Assembly (NCBI GenBank): GCA_024346625.1
Contig: AP024665.1
Coordinates: forward strand, 496,001 to 560,000
Reading direction: 5' to 3'
Source: Williopsis jadinii
Lineage: Eukaryota
DNA length: 64,000 bases
The notes under the pieces are model-generated. The model did no database searches. It had not been told where the DNA came from and was given only the letters and a program-made list of their open reading frames with translations. Positions 18,801 to 27,136 of the stretch are shown here, one piece after another. Position 1 is the stretch's first letter. Each line of letters starts with the position of its first letter. The position numbers were made by a program, and so were the translations under genes.

Positions 18801-21800
18801 CAGATTCCAAATTCATGAGGTTCATTCAGAGAAACTATGTCACATTTCTCAACCTTGAACCAGTGAAGAAGCTCTGGAGATCGTTCTTTTGGGACACTCC
18901 AGACAGCAAGAATCCCTTTTTTACAGACCTGAAGATCAAAATTGCAGGAACAGACTACACGACACTGCATACCAATTATCAAACAGAAACGCAGAAAGCT
19001 GATGAGGAAAAATTGAAGTTTCTTCGAGATAATCCAAACTTCAACAGAACCCTATACCTTTTCACACCAAGACAACCTCTGAGAAAGATCTGTCAGTATA
19101 TCTGCAAACCAAGTGTTGGAGTCAGATACTTTGGAGTTGAGCCTAATCGTTACGCAAACACTGTCTTTAGCATAGTGGTGGTTGCAGGTACTGTAAGTGT
19201 TGTTGTCAGTGCCTGTATTACGACACCTCTGTACAGGAACATTACATTACAAGGAGTCTGGAACTGGCCTTTCGAAGTGGAGCTTGCATTCAGCATCCTG
19301 TTCATGCTCGAATTCTTGATTAAGGTTGTTGCAGATGGTCTCATCTTCACACCTAATGCGTATTTTCTCAATTCTTGGAACTGGATTGATTTTATCGTCT
19401 TGGTGTCTCTATGGATAGATGTGGTTGCCAACCTGTATGGGGACCAGGTTCTAGGACGAGCAGTTAGTGGAATCAAAGCACTCAGAGCACTGAGATTTCT
19501 GTCAATCAGTGAAACGTCTAGGGACATCTTTCACAAAGTCATTATTGCAGGTTTCGGAAAGATCATCAGTGCTAGTCTTTTGTCTATTACTTTGATTGTT
19601 CCATTTGCAGCATGGGGTGTGAACTTATTCAAGGATAGACTGAGTTCGTGTAATGACGGGAGTGGTCTAGACGGGTGTATCGCTGAGTATTCAACCGAGG
19701 TGTTGAATTGGAACATTCTCATGCCGAAAGTCTACTCAGCACCTATTCTTGAAATGGATGATTTTGGATCTTCTTTATTAACGCTTTTTGAAATCATATC
19801 TTTGGAAGGTTGGGTTGATTTGCTAGAGAACATGGTGAACAGCACAGGGGTCGGTACACCAATGAGACTATTTGCTTCGCCAGAGAACGCAATCTTCGTG
19901 GTCATTTTCATTTTCATTGGCATAGTGTTTACGCTAACGCTTTTCATTTCTGTGATTATCACTAATTACGCAAGGCTATCAGGAAGTGCCTTTTTGACCC
20001 TTCAACAAACTTCTTGGAATGAGGTGAGAAAACTTCTATCACAAGCACAACCTAGAAAGAGACCTGTGAGAGCAAACCTCGGGCCGTTCCGTCAGTTTTG
20101 CTTCCAATTTGCTGTTGAAAAATCACAGGCTATCATTGCTCTGCTCCAATTCTTTACATGGATTCATATATTAGCAATCTTACTCGAAATGTATCCATCT
20201 CCAGATGCACTTGATGACTTCAGATACTCGATCTACATTACTTCATCGACCATTCTTTTGCTGTTCACGTTGATGAAGCTAGTTGCTCTTGGACCGAAAA
20301 CTTTCTTCAAAGTGAGGTGGAATGCCTATGAATTCACAGTTTACATGGGAGCCTTCATAACATCCTTCATCTCCTTCTTCGTGTCAAGAAACACGATTTT
20401 CGCTAATATCAACAAACTTTTCTTGGTGGGTATTTTCACAATGTTGATCCATAGCAGTAACAGACTGAGCCATCTCTTGAAAATTGCCTCCGCAAGTCTT
20501 CCTTCATTATTGTCTCTAGTCCTGACGTGGGGTGTCCTGTTTCTGGTGTTTGCAATTGCTTTGAACCAATTCTTTGGTTTGACCAAAGTGGGACCAAACA
20601 CATCATCCAATTTGAATTTGAGAACGGTTCCCAAAGCTCTCATACTTCTTTTTAGAAACAGCTTTGGTGAAGCCTGGAACTATACTATGCGTGATTTCGC
20701 CATAGAGAGCCCCTTCTGTACCAACTCGGGTGTTTTTAACACTACCGACTGTGGTGATCGTCAGTATGCTTATATCATCTTTATTCTCTGGAACATCATT
20801 TCCATGTACATCTTTGTCAATATGTTCATATCCCTTATTTTTGAGAACTTCAGTTATATTTATAAAGATAAGAGTGGTACCAGGATGCTGACGAGAGAGG
20901 AGATCAGGCATTTCAAGACCGTATGGTCTGAGTTTGACCCCATGGGGACGGGATACATACCTCTATCTGACTTGTCTGCATTTTTAGGTGAGCTCCAGGG
21001 ATATTTCTCCTTTAAAGTATATGAAGGAAGATGGACTATCCCTGAGCTGAAGAAGGCATTCATCGTTCGAAGAACATTTTCCACCAATTTGTATGACGTT
21101 GATGTTGATATTGATGGGTTGAATAGACGGCTTAGACAGCTAGATGTCGATAATGCTAGAAGCCGAATCAAGAGTCACCAGAAGTTTCTTGAGGAGGTGA
21201 GGTTCAATATGGAACGCTATGATGAGCCAGGTGTGTCTTTTCATAGGGTGATATTAATGATTCCGTTGTACTCGAGATTTGATGAGAATAACTGCTTACA
21301 GTTAACAGAATTCCTCGACCGTCTTGTTGTTTCTAGGAAAATCTTGGAACGTTCCAAGTTGAAACGCCGTTTGGAAGTATTACAAATGGTCTTACCCCGT
21401 TTGTCATATTTACGACTTAAAGGTGGTTTAAAGGCTGGTGCAGCTGCCTCAGCTGGGAGACCCACTTTGGTCTTGAGCCGTTTCAAAGATCTCCGAGACG
21501 ATAGCTCTCTTTTCGAATCACCATTCTCTCCACAGGTTCCACGTGCTCCTCGTATGGCTACACCTCGAAACAGCTTTGATAAAAGTGTTGATAACTCCTA
21601 CTGGTCACCACCTTCAAGAGCTGCGAGAGGTTCTCGTTCAGAAGATGATCTTATGGATGAGTTGAGTGGAATCGCTGGAGACTTGAAAAATTCTCTTTGG
21701 AGAAATGAACTCAAGGATGTTGGTGATGATTTGAATGCTGCTTTGAACAGACGGTCCCGATTGTTAGGTCACAATGCTGAGGATGCTAGTGATGAGGATG

Positions 21801-21874
21801 TTACCGTGGAAAGGTTCAGTTTTGACGAGAGTAAAAATGGTGTAGGTTCAAATGCTGATCGAAAAATTACCTGA
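15803..21874 (+). CDS. CCH1: High-affinity calcium channel Cch1 (4x6TM voltage-gated channel family)
   Basis: Four repeats with pore loops SANTFTD / STENWTE / SLEGWVD / FGEAWNY (N-E-E-E filter), S4-like RALECLRVLR and KALRALRFL, EF-hand-like WSEFDPMGTGYI; first ATG at 15803. Confidence 0.97.
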   Translation: MDRPGTRRPSDSELRYIPQFQISDGSALEDDANDEDRLPVVANDFLTPGDNRQSYLSVRSPGSYTRSGARSRSYSHSQSHSRDTSRSNSPTRRSLSIFRSQSPLSLLPSISRNSDVSDDRLENMSFMDDLVGADDISELKADIKSALGDGEDNSGAWLAPAQSRSKNNSKASLLSHDSGIELDVIKSRDGEYQDNEPDSLADASHAHQQQRGLQNTKTLTVGDLFKQIYDKFVNNDGGRFGYKRGLPKLDEEQNIGDSFESRPQLPIRLYGNSLKLFSPQSKLRHRLAKILLNPWADRVCGLILLLQVALLAYRQWNPETPVGVVTFGVKWSDWFILAINVLFTVEIVIKCIAWGMWDDSQAYKAFSLQYLGIREILRLHRVKEFFLPKGTDYTLSAKREDYTRPLMFSTGQEGNLPVPRAYLRGSWNRVDFVSTICFWLNFFLSVDQFNSRHHISLFRALECLRVLRITTLTERIGLLMKSIKLGLPQIIDVLIFFAYFWTLFSIIGVQSFKSSLRRYCVWTNPDDPSDTYQTEQYCGGSYYRKADGTLGRRPYVLLSGERGPRAKGFLCPVNSECIELENANQNTFSYDNILNSFQMTFVIMSANTFTDIMYDLMYSESLAASIYFVCGTCILFLWMVNLLIAVINSSFSIARETDEKFKKKGTRNGDVDLEFDFVLGWPSRIYTKVRKLFDLLTVLGLIFSSSSTDGDDLLFRVQCSLSFIFVLEIIWRFFCYYPEGSRFFKVKRNIFDLLLTLVTLIMAIPNVAQNMGRVYAWLTVFQIARFYRCVLLLPFVRRLWVQVWGSVNLILDLSLFYFLLTFACSIIFARYFEGYATFDDDILFPLSTLPNVFLALYVITSTENWTEILYEMQTVAPNKASIFFLTALTIIWFILSNTIVFNLFIGIIGDSLKASEPTKRREQVKKFVFVDFPRRLKAMTKTSVLQDLRLRVFHGRQDRDMNLEVEKLLLNGAAVQQFLQDELNESEKLTEDDVKFYHESDSKFMRFIQRNYVTFLNLEPVKKLWRSFFWDTPDSKNPFFTDLKIKIAGTDYTTLHTNYQTETQKADEEKLKFLRDNPNFNRTLYLFTPRQPLRKICQYICKPSVGVRYFGVEPNRYANTVFSIVVVAGTVSVVVSACITTPLYRNITLQGVWNWPFEVELAFSILFMLEFLIKVVADGLIFTPNAYFLNSWNWIDFIVLVSLWIDVVANLYGDQVLGRAVSGIKALRALRFLSISETSRDIFHKVIIAGFGKIISASLLSITLIVPFAAWGVNLFKDRLSSCNDGSGLDGCIAEYSTEVLNWNILMPKVYSAPILEMDDFGSSLLTLFEIISLEGWVDLLENMVNSTGVGTPMRLFASPENAIFVVIFIFIGIVFTLTLFISVIITNYARLSGSAFLTLQQTSWNEVRKLLSQAQPRKRPVRANLGPFRQFCFQFAVEKSQAIIALLQFFTWIHILAILLEMYPSPDALDDFRYSIYITSSTILLLFTLMKLVALGPKTFFKVRWNAYEFTVYMGAFITSFISFFVSRNTIFANINKLFLVGIFTMLIHSSNRLSHLLKIASASLPSLLSLVLTWGVLFLVFAIALNQFFGLTKVGPNTSSNLNLRTVPKALILLFRNSFGEAWNYTMRDFAIESPFCTNSGVFNTTDCGDRQYAYIIFILWNIISMYIFVNMFISLIFENFSYIYKDKSGTRMLTREEIRHFKTVWSEFDPMGTGYIPLSDLSAFLGELQGYFSFKVYEGRWTIPELKKAFIVRRTFSTNLYDVDVDIDGLNRRLRQLDVDNARSRIKSHQKFLEEVRFNMERYDEPGVSFHRVILMIPLYSRFDENNCLQLTEFLDRLVVSRKILERSKLKRRLEVLQMVLPRLSYLRLKGGLKAGAAASAGRPTLVLSRFKDLRDDSSLFESPFSPQVPRAPRMATPRNSFDKSVDNSYWSPPSRAARGSRSEDDLMDELSGIAGDLKNSLWRNELKDVGDDLNAALNRRSRLLGHNAEDASDEDVTVERFSFDESKNGVGSNADRKIT

Positions 21875-22139
21875 TCCATACAATTAGAGGATAGAACTAG
21901 GCTGTTAATAATGATTAGTACAAATTTTATGATTATATAACAACTATAATAGAATCATAAAACATGTATAAGAATAAAAAAGTATAGTGTTCTTTAACGA
22001 TCATTGGTATCATACTTTGAGCTTGAATGTAGGAATTATATGTGAGCAAAGAGATGACATATTCAGGGTGCTAGACGCACAAAGCAACAATACTAAAAGG
22101 ACAAAACACACAACATCATCGTCGCAATCATTATCATAG

Positions 22140-23534
22140 TTAGATCTTAATCTCGTTGAATCCATCGACAGTTTCATCTTCGTTATCTTTAGTCTCCTTT
22201 ATTTGAACTTCTTCTGCGTCTTTCAAATCTTTATCTTCACTTTTACCCAATTCTTCCTCGGTATTCTGAGTTTCGATGACTTCAACTTCTTCCTTATCCT
22301 CCTTAACTGGTTCTGCATCCAGCTCATTCTCCTTGTTCTTATCTGTAATGTCACGAGAGATTACCCTCTCCTTGGCCGGTTCAGCAACTAAAGGCTTCTC
22401 CAGGTGTGGTTTTTGGTGCTGCTGTTGTTGTTGTTGTTTACTCTGTGGTGGCATTTGTGATCTGTACTTCGCAATAGCTCTGTCAGTTAATACTCTGAGA
22501 TAGGCTGCTTCACGACCAGTTTTCTTATCCTTGAAGGACAACTCTCCATCACCACCCAAGACGTCATCAATAACGTTGATAAACTCGTAGTTACCTGCCT
22601 CCAAATCGTTGGCAAACATGAGCAAGAAGTCACCCCAGTGATTTGCCAGTACAAATTTCACGTCAAAGTCTCTTCCAAAAACAATAACTTGCCCAACTTT
22701 ACCATTTGGCCCAGGGGCCAAATCAACACCAATGTTGTTACCTGCCAAGTCGGTAACCAATGGAATCCACATAGGGTGAGCATAAACCGGTTCAACCGCA
22801 CCTGGTGGGAATGATTTCTGCTGCGGCAAGTCCTTCTTAAACTTACTACCATTTGCGCTTGAAGAGATTCTCTTCTCCAATTCGGGATCTGGGGATGCAC
22901 CAACGGTGTCAACTTTCTTGTAACCAGGTTGGGTTTCCACCAACGTAGCGGTCTTATCAAGTTCACCAGATGATCCGGTTGGGGAGATCAACTGCTGTCT
23001 GGCAGCAATGTTTTGCTTCACTTTCAAGTCCAATTCCATTCTTTCCGCAACTGTTCTCCATGTCTTTGTCATGGCGACAATTTCGTCAATAGCCATGAGT
23101 TGCATTCCATAGAACAATCCACCAGTACCTGGCATGCTATCCAAATCAACCTGACCATCGTGTAAACGAAGAGACGCTCTGACAGGTGCTGGGAACTGGA
23201 TTCCCAAGTCATTCTCAGCGGCAGCAATGTCAGCTTTCGTGCAAGGCTCCGCAAGCGTTGCATCCAAATCAACGTGGTGTTCCGAGGTCCACGTCTCTAT
23301 GATTCTCCACGCCAGAATCGTTTCACTGAGCCCCTCCGCGTTGGTGCTCTGTGGGTTCTCCTCGTCGCCGAAGCCTGAGGCGTCACCAAGCTGAATCCCA
23401 TTTCTCGACACGGTACGTGTATGAGTACGTGGTTCTGCTCGGTTATTGTTAGAGCGGCTAGCATCATACTCCGCGTACCTGTCCTCGGTTGAGAATGCGT
23501 ACAAGATCTGGTTTAATTTGTCCTTGAATCCCAT
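22140..23534 (-). CDS. SMI1: Cell wall assembly regulator Smi1/Knr4
   Basis: STEDRYAEYD N-terminus, SMI1/KNR4 domain (HDGQ, YAHP.WIPL.TD.AGNNIGVDLAPGP.GK.GQVI.FGRDFD), acidic tail. Confidence 0.96.
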   Translation of the reverse strand: MGFKDKLNQILYAFSTEDRYAEYDASRSNNNRAEPRTHTRTVSRNGIQLGDASGFGDEENPQSTNAEGLSETILAWRIIETWTSEHHVDLDATLAEPCTKADIAAAENDLGIQFPAPVRASLRLHDGQVDLDSMPGTGGLFYGMQLMAIDEIVAMTKTWRTVAERMELDLKVKQNIAARQQLISPTGSSGELDKTATLVETQPGYKKVDTVGASPDPELEKRISSSANGSKFKKDLPQQKSFPPGAVEPVYAHPMWIPLVTDLAGNNIGVDLAPGPNGKVGQVIVFGRDFDVKFVLANHWGDFLLMFANDLEAGNYEFINVIDDVLGGDGELSFKDKKTGREAAYLRVLTDRAIAKYRSQMPPQSKQQQQQQHQKPHLEKPLVAEPAKERVISRDITDKNKENELDAEPVKEDKEEVEVIETQNTEEELGKSEDKDLKDAEEVQIKETKDNEDETVDGFNEIKI

Positions 23535-23912
23535 TTCTAATCCCTTGAGTTGGTGTTCTTCTTTTGTTTTGTGGAACCCGCCCCTTTCGTTGCTTTGTTT
23601 ATTTGTTGTTGTTTGTTGATGATTTTCTCTCTGGACGAAATTCGACGGCGGGCGGTTGCCAGGCTTTTTGCTCTCCTGGGAGTTTTGGTTTTTCCTCCCA
23701 GGCGCGAATTTCTCCGCGGAGGGAAAATTGTACCAGGGAGGAATTTCAACATGGCAAATATCAACAAGTCACTAGGACAACGGTGATGAACTGTATGTTG
23801 TTTGTTGTATGGAAGGACATCATTGGCTGGTTTTGACACCGATTGTAGAAGATTCTGGATTGCTCTCCAAGGTGGATGGTAAGAAGTTCAGGTAGACGTT
23901 TATCTAGCGATG

Positions 23913-23995
23913 TGTTTATACGAACTGCTTGAACTACTTTGGCGTCTGCATTGGTGTGTGCCAATTAGGTTTCCTAATTGGGTAAAAGATAAACA
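23913..23995. promoter_or_regulatory. Mcm1 + forkhead (CLB2-cluster type) module of SPO12
   Basis: TTTCCTAATTGGGTAAA (23970-23986) followed by ATAAACA (23989-23995); reverse forkhead site TGTTTAT at 23913-23919. Confidence 0.75.
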
Positions 23996-24129
23996 TGTCC
24001 GTGATGAGGGTTGGTAGTAAAACTTTTGCCTCCATCACCATTAAATCCTTTATATCTGTGAGGAAAGAGGCTCCTGCTATAGGTATCCCTGCTTTCGACA
24101 GAGCCATCGACGATACTTTCAAGATTCAA

Positions 24130-24418
24130 ATGTCAGATATCCATCAACAACAACAGCAGCAGCAACAGCCAAACATCCACCAAAAGATGTTGCAACGTTC
24201 TCTTGGTGCGCACCCACAGTTGCAACACAACTTCGCATCTCCTACAGATAACATGATGTCTCCGTGCTCAAAGAAGCTGAACGACCATAAGAACAGGTTC
24301 ATTGCCCAGTATGTACAATTTGTGTATATGGCCCTAATGGGCTCTTCCAAAGTGGTTTCCTACTAACACATACAACAGCTCCAAGGCCACGAAGCTGAAC
24401 TTTGCCGATTTGAAGTGA
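24130..24418 (+). CDS. SPO12: Spo12/Bns1 family mitotic-exit (FEAR) protein; exons 24130-24308 and 24379-24418, 72 aa
   Basis: FASPTDNMMSPCSKKLNDHK motif; splicing yields ...RFIAHSKATKLNFADLK with the family KLNF motif; lies between SMI1 and PHB2 like BNS1; an in-frame upstream ATG at 23995 overlaps promoter motifs and is less likely. Confidence 0.9.
24309..24378 (+). other. Spliceosomal intron of SPO12 (70 nt)
   Basis: GTATGT 24309, TACTAAC 24361-24367, CAG 24376-24378. Confidence 0.93.
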
Positions 24419-24632
24419 AGTTATAACCCTTCTCTACCAATGACGCCATCTGCGTCCTACTTTTATGATACCAGTACTTATACCAAATTTGAATGTGTAT
24501 AAATATAATAAAATTGAGATTTTCCATCCCCTGTATTGAAATGAAACCCCTCGTCACTATGTGCAAGATATATATATATACCTCTTTTAATGTATATATT
24601 TTTTGTGTGTATAGATTCTGAAGCTTTTCAAA

Positions 24633-25556
24633 TCATTTCTTCAAACGAGCATCTGCAACGGTGTTTAACAACAACGCCTCGTTATCCAAGATGATTCTGT
24701 TTGGAGAGTTGGAGAGAATCTGAGCAATCTCCCTAGCGGTGTCCAATCTCTTCAATTCAACATAGTCTTTTGACTTCTTGATGGCCTCACCAATCAATTC
24801 AGCGGACTTTGCCTCACCTTGAGCCTTAACAATTGTACCTTGCTTCTCCTGTCTGGCTTTATCCACAATAAAGGCAGCTCTTTGTGCCTCTTGTTGTGCA
24901 ATCTGCTTGGCTTCAACAGCCATGGTAAACTCTGGAGAGAATGTCATATATGTGATGGAAACGTCATCCAACAAAATGTTGAACTTTGATGCTCTTCTAA
25001 CAAGGTTCTCTCTGATGAGTCTCGAGACCCTTTCTCTTTGTGTGATAAGTTGGGAAGCGTTAAACTGTGCAACAACAGATTTCAAAACTTCATTCACGAT
25101 AGATGGCAACACTCTTTCATCATAATCGGTACCCAATGTTCTATAGATGACTGGTAATGCACCAACTTCTGGTCTAGAAAGTACTCTACACGTAATGTTG
25201 ACCATTTGCAAGTCCTTTGTACCTGTCAACGAAGCAACGTTACGTGGCTTGGCCCTAACGTCATAGACAACTGGGGTCTGAAACCATGGAATGGCAAAAT
25301 GAGTTCCTTCGTTGTAGATTTGAGGTTGAACACCACCAATACGTGAGTACATAATGGCTCTATGACCACCATCAACGTTAAATAGAGAAGAGTTCAACAA
25401 GAGCGCACCTCCTCCCAATAGAATCAATCCAACTCCACCAGTGAATAGTCCAGCTGGTCCACCTTTTGGACCACCCTTTGGGCCACTGTACGTAACTTTA
25501 CTAGCACGGTTACGGACTTGACGTGCAAACTCTTGCCAATCCTGGTTGTTATTCAT
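24633..25556 (-). CDS. PHB2: Prohibitin 2
   Basis: SPFH domain LFNVDGGHRAI, AKPRNVASLTGTKDLQMVNITCRVL, AVEAKQIAQQEAQRA; start MNNNQDW at 25556. Confidence 0.97.
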   Translation of the reverse strand: MNNNQDWQEFARQVRNRASKVTYSGPKGGPKGGPAGLFTGGVGLILLGGGALLLNSSLFNVDGGHRAIMYSRIGGVQPQIYNEGTHFAIPWFQTPVVYDVRAKPRNVASLTGTKDLQMVNITCRVLSRPEVGALPVIYRTLGTDYDERVLPSIVNEVLKSVVAQFNASQLITQRERVSRLIRENLVRRASKFNILLDDVSITYMTFSPEFTMAVEAKQIAQQEAQRAAFIVDKARQEKQGTIVKAQGEAKSAELIGEAIKKSKDYVELKRLDTAREIAQILSNSPNRIILDNEALLLNTVADARLKK

Positions 25557-25647
25557 CTTTAATTCCACGCTTGTCCAGGTAATTGAGCCTAGAGAACCGC
25601 CAGTTGTTGTTGCTTCGAAGGGCTCTCTCCCCTTATTCCTTCGTGTA

Positions 25648-25656
25648 AGTGGCGAA
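25648..25656 (+). promoter_or_regulatory. PACE-like (Rpn4) site upstream of NAS6
   Basis: AGTGGCGAA resembles RGTGGCRAA, upstream of a proteasome chaperone gene. Confidence 0.45.
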
Positions 25657-25841
25657 AAAAAAATCGCGGGTTTTGAAAATGTACGTGGAATTCCGGTGAA
25701 CCTGCCGTCGTATCTCACTGGATGGTGTATGGATGTTGGTCCCTCTTCGAGACTTGTGTGTCTTTGGAGTTCAAAAGAGGGCTCGGGTGCTGGAGCTCAT
25801 CCACGGTGCTGTATTACTATTAATACACAAAACATTCCATC

Positions 25842-26564
25842 ATGGTTGATTATCCATTGCACGATGCTGCCAGAGATGGCAAATCGCTCATAGTTCAAGG
25901 TCTGTTGAAGCAAGACGCTAAGCAAGCGCTTCAGAAGGATGACGATGGACGTATCCCATTACACTGGGCAGTGGCGTTTTCACAGTTGGAAGCTGCCTCG
26001 TTGTTATTAAACCCAGGTAAACCCAGTGGCAAATCCATAGAATTCGACATCGATGACTATGTCGATGCATCTGGCTGGACAGCCCTACACATCGCTGCTT
26101 CTGTGGGGAACTTGGAGATGATTAGCCTATTACTTACACACGAGCCAAAACCTGATGTCAATCTCCAAACAACTACAGGCTTGACCGCAGTGCACTTGGC
26201 CACCGGCAAAAAGCACATTGACGCCGTCAAGGTTCTTGTTGAAAACGGTGCATCTCTGCGTATAAAGGACAAGAGGAGCCAATACCCTATCCACAGAGCA
26301 GCCGCTGTTGGAAGTATCGCACTGGTTCAGTTTCTTGGGGAGGATTCCAAGTCTCCTCTCAACTCCAAGGACATTCAAGGCTGGACCCCGTTACACCACG
26401 CGTTGGCAGAAGGGTTTGCAGACGTTGCGCTTGTCCTTGTGAAATTGGGCGCCGATGCGAAGATTGAAGATGACGAGGGAAACACACCTCTAAAAGTGTC
26501 CGTCGATGACACAGTTGCAAAGTACTTCAAAGTCGAGTGTGAGAAGTTAGGTGTCGACTTATAA
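25842..26564 (+). CDS. NAS6: 26S proteasome assembly chaperone Nas6 (gankyrin-like ankyrin repeats)
   Basis: YPLHDA, DDDGRIPLHWA, DASGWTALHIAAS, GWTPLHHALAEG; divergent from PHB2 as in S. cerevisiae. Confidence 0.95.
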   Translation: MVDYPLHDAARDGKSLIVQGLLKQDAKQALQKDDDGRIPLHWAVAFSQLEAASLLLNPGKPSGKSIEFDIDDYVDASGWTALHIAASVGNLEMISLLLTHEPKPDVNLQTTTGLTAVHLATGKKHIDAVKVLVENGASLRIKDKRSQYPIHRAAAVGSIALVQFLGEDSKSPLNSKDIQGWTPLHHALAEGFADVALVLVKLGADAKIEDDEGNTPLKVSVDDTVAKYFKVECEKLGVDL

Positions 26565-27136
26565 CACGGCCCCAACAACCGCTTAATACATCTTCCTTAA
26601 TAACATAATTTCGTAATCATAAACATTGTACCGTCACCAACAACAACAATGAGCCACAGCGCTCCTAATGGGCCCGCAAGGTGGGGTGGAGCAATCGTTG
26701 CTTTTGTGTCATTTACATCCGTACACCCCTCTCAAAATGGGCTGAGCGAGACGACGTTTTTTGGTGGGAAGGGGAGCCTCAGCGGCGCGCACCATTCGAG
26801 GTTTTTCCCTGTGGTAAAAAGAAAAATGACCAGAAACCAGCAGCAGATTTGGCAGAAACCAAAAAAATGGGTTAGTCGAGGAGCTCAGGGAAAAAAACAC
26901 ACAACGCACAAAGGCCCTCTCTGTGTTCCTTTCTCTCTGTTGATTTTGATAGGAATCAAACCTTCTTATTGGTCCATTTGATTGGCTTAATTCACCTTTT
27001 CATATACAAAAGAGCAACTGAATAAACAGATCTGGAGCAGGTGGGATTCAACGACATCCTTGAGTACATCATAGTACACACTTACTTTGGTAAAGATCAA
27101 TATTTCTTCTGACGTTTGTTTTACACTCAGACAGCC

